From Utricularia gibba (lineage: Eukaryota > Plantae > Magnoliophyta), in NCBI GenBank assembly GCA_002189035.1, contig NEEC01000009.1, forward strand, positions 1-64,000: DNA of 64,000 nucleotides. The letters are read 5' to 3'. Of the stretch, positions 15,001 to 27,228 are shown one piece after another (the stretch's first letter is position 1; every line of letters begins with the position of its first letter). Made by a program: the position numbers and the translations under genes. The notes beneath the pieces are model-generated. The model had not been told where the DNA came from, made no database searches, and saw nothing but the letters and a program-made list of their open reading frames with translations.

Positions 15001-18000
15001 ATGCACCATTCCCGTATACCATGTCTCTAGTGGCTATTTGATTCTTTTGCCTTGTATGTTGTTCGCATCAATTTCGAGAACATGAAGCACATTATTAAAT
15101 GCATCACCACGGAATGCCACGTGAGACACTTTCGTTGTGGCTTGTTTTTAATATGTCCACAGTTATCGGACAAACGTAACTCCAAATTATAATACTTGGA
15201 GCTCGAAAAGGGCTTCCCAACACTGTGCTATGAAGAGCAAGGATCTGCATGTTATGCAAGAGGTGCTTCGCGGACCAGGATGTGCGACGTAGTCATTTCA
15301 TTGCGCATCATCATTCGGGGTGCATCCTAAAAATCACACGTGCACGGGATTCATTAAAAATAAATATTTACGCATATCCAGAGTGTATAACAGTGTTGGG
15401 ATAAGTGATGCCACGAAATTCATGATGTAGCATGTGACTTTTTTCCAACTTGATCGCATAGTAGATGAATTCTGACACCATATTTTGGCTTTGATTGATG
15501 CATTTAGTTGCTATGATACTTCTGATTCTTGATGCACCATTCCCGTATACCATGTCTCTAGTGGCTATTTGATTCTTTTGCCTTGTATGTTGTTCGCATC
15601 AATTTCGAGAACATGAAGCACATTATTAAATGCAATCACCACGGAATGCCACGTGAGACACTTTTCGTTGTGGCTTGTTTTTAATATGTCCACAGTTTAT
15701 CGGACAAACGTAACTCCAAATTATAATACTTGGAGCTCGAAAAGGGCTTCCCAACAGTGTGCTATGAAGAGCAAGGATCTGCATGTTATGCAAGAGGTGC
15801 TTCGCGGACCAGGATGTGCGACGTAGTCATTTCATTGCGCATCATCATTCGGGGTGCATCCTAAAAATCACACGTGCACGGATTCATTAAAATAAATATT
15901 TACGCATATCCAGAGTGTATAACAGTGTTGGGATAAGTGATGCCACGAAATTCATGATGTAGCATGTGACTTTTTTCCAACTTGATCGCATAGTAGATGA
16001 ATTCTGACACCATATGTTTTGGCTTTTGATTGATGCATTTAGTTGCTATGATACTTCTGATTCTTGATGCACCATTCCCGTATACCATGTCTCTAGTGGC
16101 TATTGATTCTTTTGCCTTGTATGTTGTTCGCATCAATTTCGAGAACATGAAGCACATTATTAAATGCAGTCACCACGGAATGCCACGTGAGACACTTTTC
16201 GTTGTGGCTTGTTTTTAATATGTCCACAGTTATCGGACAAACGTAACTCCAAATTATAATACTTGGAGCTCGAAAAGGCTTCCCAACAGTGTGCTATGAA
16301 GAGCAAGGATCTGCATGTTATGCAAGAGGTGCTTCGCGGACCAGGATGTGCGACGTAGTCATTTCATTGCGCATCATCATTCGGGGTGCATCCTAAAAAT
16401 CACACGTGCACGGGATTCATTAAAAATAAATATTTACGCATATCCAGAGTATATAACAGTGTTGGGATAAGTGATGCCACGAAATTCATGATGTAGCATG
16501 TGACTTTTTTCCAACTTGATCGCATAGTAGATGAATTCTGACACCATATGTTTTGCTTTTGATTGATGCATTTAGTTGCTATGATACTTCTGATTCTTGA
16601 TGCACCATTCCCGTACCATGTCTCTAGTGGCTATTTGATTCTTTTGCCTTGTATGTTGTTCGCATCAATTTCGAGAACATGAAGCACATTATTAAATGCA
16701 GTCACCACGGAATGCCACGTGAGACACTTTTCGTTGTGGCTTGTTTTTAATATGTCCACAGTTATCGGACAAACGTAACTCCAAATTATAATACTTGGAG
16801 CTCGAAAAGGGCTTCCCAACAGTGTGCTATGAAGAGCAAGGATCTGCATGTTATGCAAGAGGTGCTTCGCGGACCAGGATGTGCGACGTAGTCATTTCAT
16901 TGCGCATCATCATTCGGGGTGCATCCTAAAAATCACACGTGCACGGGATTCATTAAAAATAAATATTTACGCATATCCAGAGTGTATAACAGTGTTGGGA
17001 TAAGTGATGCCACGAAATTCATGATGTAGCATGTGACTTTTTTCCAACTTGATCGCATAGTAGATGAATTCTGACACCATATGTTTTGGCTTTTGATTGA
17101 TGCATTTAGTTGCTATGATACTTCTGATTCTTGATGCACCATTCCCGTACCATGTCTCTAGTGGCTATTTGATTCTTTTGCCTTGTATGTTGTTCGCATC
17201 AATTTCGAGAACATGAAGCACATTATTAAATGCAGTCACCACGGAATGCCACGTGAGACACTTTTCGTTGTGGCTTTTTTTAATATGTCCACAGTTATCG
17301 GACAAACGTAACTCCAAATTATAATACTTGGAGCTCGAAAAGGGCTTCCCAACACTGTGCTATGAAGAGCAAGGATCTGCATGTTATGCAAGAGGTGCTT
17401 CGCGGACCAGGATGTGCGACGTAGTCATTTCATTGCGCATCATCATTCGGGGTGCATCCTAAAAATCACACGTGCACGGGATTCATTAAAAATAAATATT
17501 TACGCATATCCAGAGTGTATAACAGTGTTGGGATAAGTGATGCCACGAAATTCATGATGTAGCATGTGACTTTTTTCCAACTTGATCGCATAGTAGATGA
17601 ATTCTGACACCATATGTTTTGGCTTTTGATTGATGCATTTAGTTGCTATGATACTTATGATTCTTGATGCACCATTCCCGTATACCATGTCTCTAGTGGC
17701 TATTTGATTCTTTTGCCTTGTATGTTGTTCGCATCAATTTCGAGAACATGAAGCACATTATTAAATGCAATCACCACGGAATGCCACGTGAGACACTTTT
17801 CGTTGTGGCTTGTTTTTAATATGTCCACAGTTATCGGACAAACGTAACTCCAAATTATAATACTTGGAGCTCGAAAAGGGCTTCCCAACAGTGTGCTATG
17901 AAGAGCAAGGATCTGCATGTTATGCAAGAGGTGCTTCGCGGACCAGGATGTGCGACGTAGTCATTTCATTGCGCATCATCATTCGGGGTGCATCCTAAAA

Positions 18001-20580
18001 ATCACACGTGCACCGGATTCATTAAAAATAAATATTTACGCATATCCAGAGTTATATAACAGTGTTGGGATAAGTGATGCCACGAAATTCATGATGTAGC
18101 ATGTGACTTTTTTCCAACTTGATCGCATAGTAGATGAATTCTGACACCATATGTTTTGGCTTTTGATTGATGCATTTAGTTGCTATGATACTTCTGATTC
18201 TTGATGCACCATTCCCGTATACCATGTCTCTAGTGGCTATTTGATTCTTTTGCCTTGTATGTTGTTCGCATCAATTTCGAGAACATGAAGCACATTATTA
18301 AATGCAGCACCAAGGAATGGACACGTAAGACACTTTTCGTTGTGGCTTGTTTTTAATATGTCCACAGTTATCGGACAAACGTAACTCCAAATTATAATAC
18401 TTGGAGCTCGAATAGGGCTTCCCAACAGTGTGCTATGAAGAGCAAGGATCTGCATGTTATGCGAGCGGTGCTTCGCGGACCAGGATGTGCGACATAGTCA
18501 TCTCATTGCGCATCATCATTCGGGGTGCAGCCTAAAAATCACACATGCACGGATTCATTAAAAATAAATATTTACGCATATCCAGATTATATAACAGTGT
18601 TGGGATAAGTGATGACACGAAATTCATGATGTAGCATGTGACTTTTTTCCAACTTGATCGCATAGTAGATGAAGTCTGACACCATATGTTTTGGCTTTTG
18701 ATTGATGTATTTAGTTGCTATGATACTTCTGATTCTTGATGCACCATTCCCGTATACCATGTCTCTAGGGGCTATTTGATTCTTTTGCCTTGTATGTTGT
18801 TCGCATCAATTTCGAGAACATGAAGCACATTATTAAAAGCAGTCACCACGGAATGCCTCGTGAGACACTTTTCGTTGTGGCTTGTTTTTAATATGTCCAG
18901 AGTTATCGGACAAACGTAACTCCAAATTATAATACTTGGAGCTCGAATAGGGCTTCCCAACAGTGTGCTATGAAGAGCAAGGATCTGCATGTTATGCGAG
19001 CGGTGCTTCGCGGACCAGGATGTGCGACGTAGTCATTTCATTGCGCATCATCATTCGGGGGCATCCTAAAAATCACACGTGCACCGAATTCATTAAAAAT
19101 AAATATTTACGCATATCCAGAGTGTATAACAGTGTTGGGATAAGTGATGCCACGAAATTCATGATGTGGCATGTGACTTTTTTCCAACTTGATCGCATAG
19201 TAGATGAAGTCTGACACCATATGTTTTGGCTGTTGATTGATGCATTTAGTTGCTAGGATACTTCTGATTCTTGATGCACCATTCCCGTATACCATGTCTC
19301 TAGTGGCTATTTGATTCTTTTGACTTGTATGTTGTTCGCATGAATTTCGAGAACATGAAGCACATTATTAAATGCAATCACCACGGAATGCCACGTGAGA
19401 CACTTTTCGTTGTGGCTTGTTTTTAATATGTCCACAGTTATCGGACAAACGTAACTCCAAATTATAATACTTGGAGCTCGAATAGGGCTTCCCAACAGTG
19501 TGCTATGAAGAGCAAGGATCTGCATGTTATGCAAGAGGTGCTTCGCGGATTAGGATGTGCGACGTAGTCATTTCATTGCGCATCATCATTCGGGGTGCAT
19601 CCTAAAAATCACACGTGCACGGGATTCATTAAAAATAAATATTTACGCATATCCTGAGTGTATAACAGTGTTGGGATAAGTGATGCCACGAAATTAATGA
19701 TGTAGCATGTGACTTTTTTCCAACTTGATCGCATAGTAGATGAAGTCTGACACCATATGTTTTGGCTTTTGATTGATGCATTTAGTTGCTATGATACTTA
19801 TGATTCTTGATGCACCATTCCCATACACCATGTCTCTAGTGGCTATTTGATTCTTTTGACTTGTATGTTGTTCGCATCAATTTCGAGAACATGAAGCACA
19901 TTATTAAATGCAATCACCACGGAATGCCACGTGAGACACTTTTCGTTGTGGCTTGTTTTTAATATGTCCACAGTTATCGGACAAACGTAACTCCAAATTA
20001 TAATACTTGGAGCTCGAAAAGGGCTTCCCAACAGTGTGCTATGAAGAGCAAGGATCTGCATGTTATGCAAGAGGTGCTTCGCGGACCAGGATGTGCGACA
20101 TAGTCATCTCATTGCGCATCATCATTCGGGGTGCATCCTAAAAATCACACGTGCACCGGATTCATTAAAAATAAATATCTACGCATATCCAGATTATATA
20201 ACAGTGTTGGGATAAGTGATGCCACGAAATTCATGATGTAGCATGTGACTTTTTTCCAACTTGATCGCATAGTAGATGAAGTCTGACACCATATGTTTTG
20301 GCTTTTGATTGATGCATTTAGTTGCTATGATACTTCTGATTCTTGATGCACCATTCCCGTATACCATGTCTCTAGTGGCTATTTGATTCTTTTGCCTTGT
20401 ATGTTGTTTCCATCAATTTCGAGAACAAGAAGCACATTATTAAATGCAGTCACCACGGAATGCCACGTGAGACACCTTTCGTTGTGGCCCTTTTTTAATA
20501 TGTCCACAGTTATCGGAGAAACGTAACTCCAAATTATAATACTTGGAGCTCGAATAGGGCTTACCAACAGTGTGCTATGA
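1..20580. repeat. Homogeneous tandem satellite array, ~536-bp unit, ~38 copies (continues beyond left edge)
   Basis: CATTTAGTTGCTATG recurs at 1, 535, 1069, 1604. Repeated ORF coordinates step by 536 (5414/5950/6486; 19307/19843/20379). One EcoRI (GAATTC) and one SacI (GAGCTC) site in most units. Confidence 0.99.
349..475 (+). pseudogene. Degenerate 5S rRNA-like segment plus T-run terminator (representative; one per unit)
   Basis: GGGTGCATCCTA..CAC..TGCACGGGATTCATTAAAA..TTTACGCAT..CAGTGTTGGGATAAGTGA..GAAATTCATGATGTAGCA is colinear with plant 5S (GGGTGCGATCATA..CAC..TGCACCGGATCCCATCAGAA..GTTAAGCGT..TAGTACTAGGATGGGTGA..GGAAGTCCTCGTGTTGCA). About 57% by hand, ~120 nt, T6 at 470-475. Reference recalled from memory. 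Confidence 0.75.
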
Positions 20581-20612
20581 AGGGCTTACCAACAGTGGGC
20601 TTATCATCATTC

Positions 20613-20738
20613 GGGTGCAGCCTGAAAACCACACGTGCACCGGATTCATTAAAAATTCGAAACTTATGTATAACTGGAGCATAATAGTGTTGGGATAAAT
20701 GATGCCACGAAAGTCATTATGAAAAATGTTACCTTTTT
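20613..20738 (+). pseudogene. Older degenerate 5S rRNA-like segment
   Basis: About 65/119 identities to plant 5S by hand with ~3 gaps. Keeps TGCACCGGAT, TCG, TGG, TAGT, AAGTC. T5 at 20734-20738. Confidence 0.75.
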
Positions 20739-21136
20739 CCAACTTGATCCCTTTGCAAATGAAGTTTGATACCATATGTTGTGGTTGTTGATCGATGCAA
20801 TTTGTTGTTGTGACACTTCTAATTCTTCGTGCACCATACCCATCTACCATTTCTCTTGTGGCTCTTTTATTCTTCAGCCGTGTATGTGGTTTGCATCAAT
20901 TTCGATAATGAAAAACACATATTAAGTGCAGTCACAACGGAATGACACTTGAAGCACTTTTTGTTGTGCCTTCTTTTTTCTATACCCATTTTTATCGGAC
21001 CAACGAAAGTCCAAAGTATAACACGTGGAGCTCAAATAGGGCTTCCCAACGCTGTGCTATGAAGCTGCACGTTTTGGAAGATGCGTGTTGCGGACCGGGA
21101 TGTGTGACGTAGTCACTTCGTTGCGCATCCTCATTC

Positions 21137-21262
21137 GGGTGGCGCATGAAAATCACTCTTGCACCAGATTCATTAAAAATTCGAAATTTATGTATAACTG
21201 GAGTATAATAGTGTTGGGATAAATGATGCCACGAAAGTCATGATGAAAAATGTGACTTTTTT
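21137..21262 (+). pseudogene. Terminal degenerate 5S rRNA-like segment
   Basis: GGGTGGCGCATGAAAATCACTCTTGCACCAGATTCAT...; C at -1, GCGC at -14 to -11; T6 at 21257-21262. Confidence 0.7.
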
Positions 21263-22647
21263 GATTGCATTTCGTGCACAAAGCATCAGGCTTCCAACAG
21301 CAAAACTCACTCTTATGATTCTGTTTGTTGCAATGCTTACATGTATTTGTGGTTGAAGTCCAACAATCTTCACTCATGTGGTGGGATTTATCACAATATC
21401 TACAATTCTGATTACCTATGGTTGAAGTTGGGATTGATGTTGTTGATGGTTTGTTGGCTTGTGACTTCACATCCTTGACATTGTCAGGTGCACCTGAGTT
21501 TATATTCATATTCTGCATTTTGGTGAGTAGCATAGCTTCACCATAAGTTTTCTCAACCTCATAACCATTTCTTAGTTCCAATCTCTTTTGTATAGATTGC
21601 AACTCATTCATGAACTCTCTAAATGTTGGGTCTAGAGCAACAAGATATTCAGGATATAGCTAATGAAGCTTTTCTTCAATAATGTCAAGGATTTTTATTT
21701 CTATCTCAAGTGAACATAGCTTTGGCTCGAATCTTGCTGGTAGGCTAATGATTGCCTTGCTAATCACCTTTTTATCCTCAAGTTTTTCCCCCAATCCTCG
21801 AATCTCTTTCACAAGCTTCGCAGTACGTTCATAATACACTTGTATAGTTTTATTGTCTAACATTTTGGTTTCTCTCAAAATCCTCCAACTTGTTTTTTCA
21901 TATTATCTCTCTGAGTTTGGCATCACCTTCATAATGGGATTTGAGAGTATCCCATATTTCTTTCACTGATTGACAGTCTGCAATATCATTAAACAGATGT
22001 TCAGAGAAGACTTGATATAATGCATCCATTCCTTCATCTTTTCTCTGTTAAAGATATTCAGCTTCCTCTTGCTGTTCTGATGTGGATTTGCTTGTTATTG
22101 TAATAGCCGGTATCTCCCTTTCAACAACATCCCAAATCTTTCTAACTCGAAGGTAGCTACGTATCTTTTTGACCCAACTTCCATACTTAGAAGCATCAAA
22201 CATTGGAGGTCCTCCACCAAATGCCATCATAGCCACCGTTTGACAAGCTTCATGTTGATACTTGGTAAACCACTAAGTAAAAAACATTGAACGGTAAATA
22301 AAATACTGATACGAACACAGGTTTGAGAACCTTACTGTTCTGATACCATGTTGATCCAAGAAAGATACAGTCTTGGTAAGGAACAAAGGGATAATGATTA
22401 TGAGATCATCTTGGATGAAAAACGACTTATGAACAATAAAAATGACTGAAAACCTAATTGACACGTGTTCCTAATAGGGTTTATATATACCCATTACCTA
22501 GTCTACCCAAAAGTGGGCCAGAATCATTTAAAACACACAAAAACCCCAAAAAGTCAAACCCAACATTTTTTAACTGAAACATGACTTTATGACACAAGAT
22601 TAGTGCTTCTAATCACCTTCAAGCTTTGGATTGAAGCTGATCTCCAA
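21263..22647 (-). mobile_element. Ty1/copia 5' fragment (LTR, PBS, broken gag), truncated inside gag
   Basis: LTR 22349-22647, PBS-Met-like rc of GTTCTGATACCA at 22337-22348, gag pieces (PPMFDASKYGSWVKKIRSYLR; CCHC knuckles). Confidence 0.92.
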
Positions 22648-22649
22648 TA

Positions 22650-23035
22650 GACTATTTTTTAGAAAGATGGTTTTCTTTATAGAATAGATAGGTTGTGCAT
22701 TCCTTCTTGTTCCATATGTGATTTGATTGTTAGAGAAGCGCATGGTTGTGGACTAATGAGACATTTTGGTGTTAAGAAGACTCTTGATACTCTAACTCAA
22801 CATTTCTTTTGGCTACACATAAGAAGGGATATTGAAAGAATTTGTGATAGATGTATTTCTTGTAAGAAGGCTAAATCTACCACTGCCCTTAATGGTTTAC
22901 CTCGTTCCCAACCATGGGTGGACATTTCTATAGATTTTGTTTTAGGCTTACCTCGTACCCAAAGGGAAATTCAATTTTTGTTGTTTTGGACAGATTTTCA
23001 AAGATGGCACACTTTATTACTTGTCACAAAACTGA
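22650..23035 (+). mobile_element. CRM-type gypsy integrase fragment
   Basis: [20 protein letters not shown]...CDRCISC (HHCC region) and [14 protein letters not shown]; homologous to 39290-39690. Confidence 0.9.
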
Positions 23036-26000
23036 TGAATTTCCAACACCTTCAAGTTGATGAATTTCCATGCCTAAATAATAGGACATCATTCCAAGGT
23101 TAGTCATCTTGAATTCATTTTTGAGTAGAGCTTTGAATTCCTCAATCTTCCTTTCATTACCCTGAAGATAGTTATCCATGCATTCATTCCATGCTCTAAG
23201 AGCTTGCTTCAACCCATAGAGAGATTTCTTTAGCTTCAATACCTTGTCTTCATGACCTGACACTTCGAAGCCCTTTGGTTGTTCAACAAAAACAACCTCC
23301 TCCAACACACCATTCAAGAACGCAGTCTTGACATCCATGTGATGCACTTTCCATCCATGAGCAGCTGAAATGGCAATAAGTACTTTAATCGTGTCAAATC
23401 TTGCTACTGGTGCAAAAATCTCATGAAAATTTATTCCTTTGATTTGACTATATCCCTTGGCTACTAATCTAGCCTTATATTTGTTGATAGAACCATCTGC
23501 ATTCATCTTGGTTTTGAATAACCATTTGAGGCCAATAGGTTTGAAACCCCTATCCTAGGGTTTATCAACTAACTCCCATGTTTCATTTTCAAGTATAGAA
23601 TTCATTTCTTCCTTCATGGCCTCTCTCCATTTCGGATTTTGTACAACCACTTCAAATGATGTTGGATCTCCTGTCAATAATCCAGCCAAAATATCAGCTA
23701 CAGCATCTTGGACATCACCATTCAACTTGGAGAAACTTATTATAGGAGCTTTGTTTCTTTTGCTTCTTCTAATGTCAGTAACATGACAATCTTCATTATC
23801 TATTGAATCTCTGATGTTTTTGCGTTTCCTCCTTTGCCAATCACGATCAGATGGGTAATAATCTTCATCATCACTATCAGGTTCCTCTCCATCAGATTCA
23901 TCTATTGATGAGTCTTCTGCATTCGTGCCTTGCTCCTCTTCTGGGATTTCGAAATTCCCATCTGAATGCAGATCATTGGCCTGATGAGATTGTCCATATA
24001 GGGGTTCAGAGTTTCATTCTGAATTCTCATTGGACGAGTCATCTTGATTTGTTACCTTCTCCTCCTCTGGAGCTGGAAAATTCTCATCCGAATACTGATC
24101 ATTTACTTGATTTGAGTCTTCATGAACGAGTTCTGAAGTTTCTTGGTTTGTTGAATTCCTGGAAGAGAAGTTTTGAGGCATGTGTGTCCAGAGGTCTCCT
24201 TTCCCATGGGTGCTATACCTTCCATGACTTTTATGAGCTTCTGCATCATTCAGAGAAATGCAATCATCAATTAAAGTATAACTTGCACCTTCATCAAAAG
24301 TGACATCATGGCTGAAGATAAATTTCTTCTGTTGAGGTAGATAAACTTTATATCCCTTGGTAGCATTGCTATAACCAACAAATACACCAGATACAGATTT
24401 CTTATCAAGTTTTCCTCGTTTTTGGTCTGGTACATGAGTAAAACACAGACTACCAAAGATTCTGAGATGATCAAACTTTTTAATATAAACATGTCATTTT
24501 TCATGCGCAGTTTTTCCGCTAATCGCCCTTGAGGGAAGCAAGTTCAATAGATATACAGATGTAGATACCGCTTCAACCCAGAAATTCACAGGAAGATCTT
24601 TCTCAAACAATAGGCATCTTGACATATCAAGGATTGTTCTGTTTCTCCTTTCACATACACCATTCTGTTGTGGAGAATATGGTACGGTGAATTGATGCAT
24701 GATTCCCTCATTTTCACAGAACATTCTCATGCTATTATTGTAGAATTCGCCTCCATTGTCTGATCTAATCATCTTCAAAGAGCATCCACTCTGATTCTCA
24801 ATCATCACTTTAAATTTTCGAAAGATATGAGGAACTTCTGACTTGCTTTTATGAAAGTAAACCCAACAATAACGTGAATAATCATCAATGAATGTAACAA
24901 AATATCTACTCCCCCCTAATGAACATTCCTTAAATGGTCCACAAACATCTGTATGCACAAGCTCTAATTTCTCCTTTGCTACTGAATCACTAGAATAAAA
25001 GGGCTTTCTACACTGTTTACTTTGATGACACACTTCACATATGGCATTAGCAAACTTGATGTCTTTCAATTCCAGTACTTCCTTATTCTTCTACAATATT
25101 TTCAGATTGTTGAAGCTATAGTGCCCAAAACGTTTGTGCCAAAGGCTGCTTTGATCCTGAAGTGAGAAAATACAACTTTTATGATCACTGACCATGATTT
25201 GGTAGAGGTTGTAGGTGGTCAACACAGCATGGAATTCAATCTTCGTTTTTGGATCAGCAACCTTAACTTTAGTGGTAATACCACCAGCATCCTTCATCAG
25301 CTCAATGTCAAAACCTTGCCTGCTCAATTGGCCAAAGCTCAACAGGTTCTGTTTGAGGTTTGGTGAATAATAAATGTCATCAACTTGAACAATTCCTTAT
25401 TTTAGCAAGATTAAAATGCTTCCTTTGCCCACAATGCCAATATTTTCACCAGTGCACGTGCTTACCTCCTTCCCAATCCTTTCAAGCTTGAGAAATGACC
25501 TTGTATCACAACATACATGATAGGAGGCACCAGAGTCCAAGTACCAACCTTTAGCATCTGAGGCTACTGTCATTAGAGCACACTCATACTCAAAAGGATC
25601 TTCAAAAGATATTTCTGGCTCATCTTCAAAGTAGGTAAAGGATGCATGTGATTTCTCTTCCCTGGATGTAGGCTTCTTGTTATGTTCAACTTTTATTGGA
25701 TTTGACATTCCACATACCTTGTCAAGATGGCCTCTTTGATTGCATTTCGTGCACAAAGCATCAGGCTTCCACCAACAAAACTCACTCCTGTGATTCTGTT
25801 TGTCGCAATGCTTGCAAGCATTTGTGCTTAAAGTCCAACAATCTTCACTCTTATGGTTGGATTTGTCACAATGCCTGCACTTCTGATTGCCCATCATTGA
25901 TGTTGGGATTGACGTTGGTGATTGTTTGATGGCTGTTGACTTGACATCTTTGACATTGTTAATTGCAACTGAGGTTATATTCATATTCTGCATTTTGGTG

Positions 26001-26821
26001 AGGAGAGCAGCTTCACCATAAGTATTCTCAACTTCATAATCATCTCTTAGCTCCAATCTCTTTTTTGTAGATTGCAACTCAATCATGAACTCTCTAAAGG
26101 TTGGCTCTGGTGTAACAGGATATTCAGGATACAGCTGATCGAGCTTTCCTTCAATAATATCAAGGATTTTTCTTTCTATCTCAAGTGCACATAACTTTGG
26201 CTCGAATCTTGCAGGTAGGCTCATGATTGCCTTGCTAATCACCTTTTGATACTCAAGTTTTTCCCCAATCCTCGAATCTCCTTCACAGGCTTCGCAGTAC
26301 GTTCATAATAGACTTATATGATTTCATTATCTAACATTTTGTTCGTCTTAAAGTACTCCAGCTTGTTTTTGCATAATATCTCTCTGAGTTTGGCATCGCC
26401 TTCATAATGGGATTTGAGAGTATCCCATATTTCTATTGCTGATTGACACTCTGCAATATCATCAAATAGATGTTCAGAGATGGCTTGATACAAGGCATCC
26501 ATTGCTTCATCTTTTCTTTGTTGAAGATAATCAGCTTCCTCTTATTGTTCTGATGTGGATTTGCTTGTTATTGTAATCGCCGGAAACTCCCTTTCGACAA
26601 CATCCCAAATCTTTCTGACCCGCAGCTAGCTGCGCATCTTTTTGACCAAGCTTCCATACTCTGAACCATCAAATATTGGAGGTCCTCTACCAGATGCCAT
26701 CATAGCCACCGCTTGACAAACTTTGGGTTGATACTTGGTAATCCACCAAGTAAAAAACGCTGAACAGTAAATAAAATACTGAAACGAACACAGGTTTGAG
26801 AACCTTACTGCTCTGATACTA
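23036..26821 (-). mobile_element. pol: Ty1/copia internal region (gag-PR-IN-RT), both ends truncated, stops and RT deletion
   Basis: ORFs 25397-26242 (gag, WYLDSGAS protease), 24494-25069 (integrase), 23024-23506 (RT lacking the YVDD segment seen at 58592-58725). PBS-like at 26810-26821. Confidence 0.95.
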
Positions 26822-26830
26822 TGTTGAAAT

Positions 26831-27228
26831 ACAGGATCCGATGAACTTCAGCAAAGCCAAACACATAAGAATAAAGTATCATGTCATAAGGAATTTTATA
26901 AAGGAGAAGAAGATTAAAGTGCAGTATGTTGAGAGTGGGAATCAGCTTGCTGATGGGCTCACCAAAAGTTTGAATAGAGTTCAGTTTGAACTAGCAAGGA
27001 AGAACATGAATCTCATAACTATGGAAGACTTTCTCAAGTTGGGAGATCTCAGTCTGGGAGGAAGTGTTGGAGATCAGCCTCAATCCAAAGCTTGAAGGTG
27101 ATTGAAAGCACTAATCTTGTGTCATAATGTTATATTTCAGATAAAAAGGTGTTAAGTTCGAGCATGGAAGTATTGGATTCGAGTTGTTGGGCTTTTTGTG
27201 TGTTTTCAATGATTGTGGCCCACTGTTG
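26831..27228 (+). mobile_element. Inverted copia 3' fragment: RNase H end, PPT, partial LTR
   Basis: KAKHIRIKYHVIR..NQLADGLTK; PPT TGGGAGGAAG; LTR starts TGTTGGAGATCAGCC at 27065 and breaks at ~27228. Confidence 0.9.

Larger units (their letters stand above)
20604..21262. repeat. Strongly diverged terminal satellite units (period 524 bp)
   Basis: Same motif order as the main unit with many substitutions. 5S-like starts at 20613 and 21137. Confidence 0.92.

Noticed and set aside
399-20567. Dozens of 60-95 aa ORFs repeating through the array
   Set aside because: By-products of the repeat on both strands, broken freely by indels, with no recognisable domain.
1-20580. CRISPR array or ordered higher-order repeat
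   Set aside because: Eukaryotic context, no unique spacers; diagnostic SNPs (CACTG/CAGTG, CAATC/CAGTC) show no regular period by eye.
20575-21262. Endogenous geminivirus or other viral coding relic
   Set aside because: Hand translation of several frames showed no Rep, coat or movement protein motifs.
23851-24504. 150-aa and 77-aa ORFs duplicated at 59397-60050
   Set aside because: Antisense or off-frame shadows of the copia integrase-RT linker.
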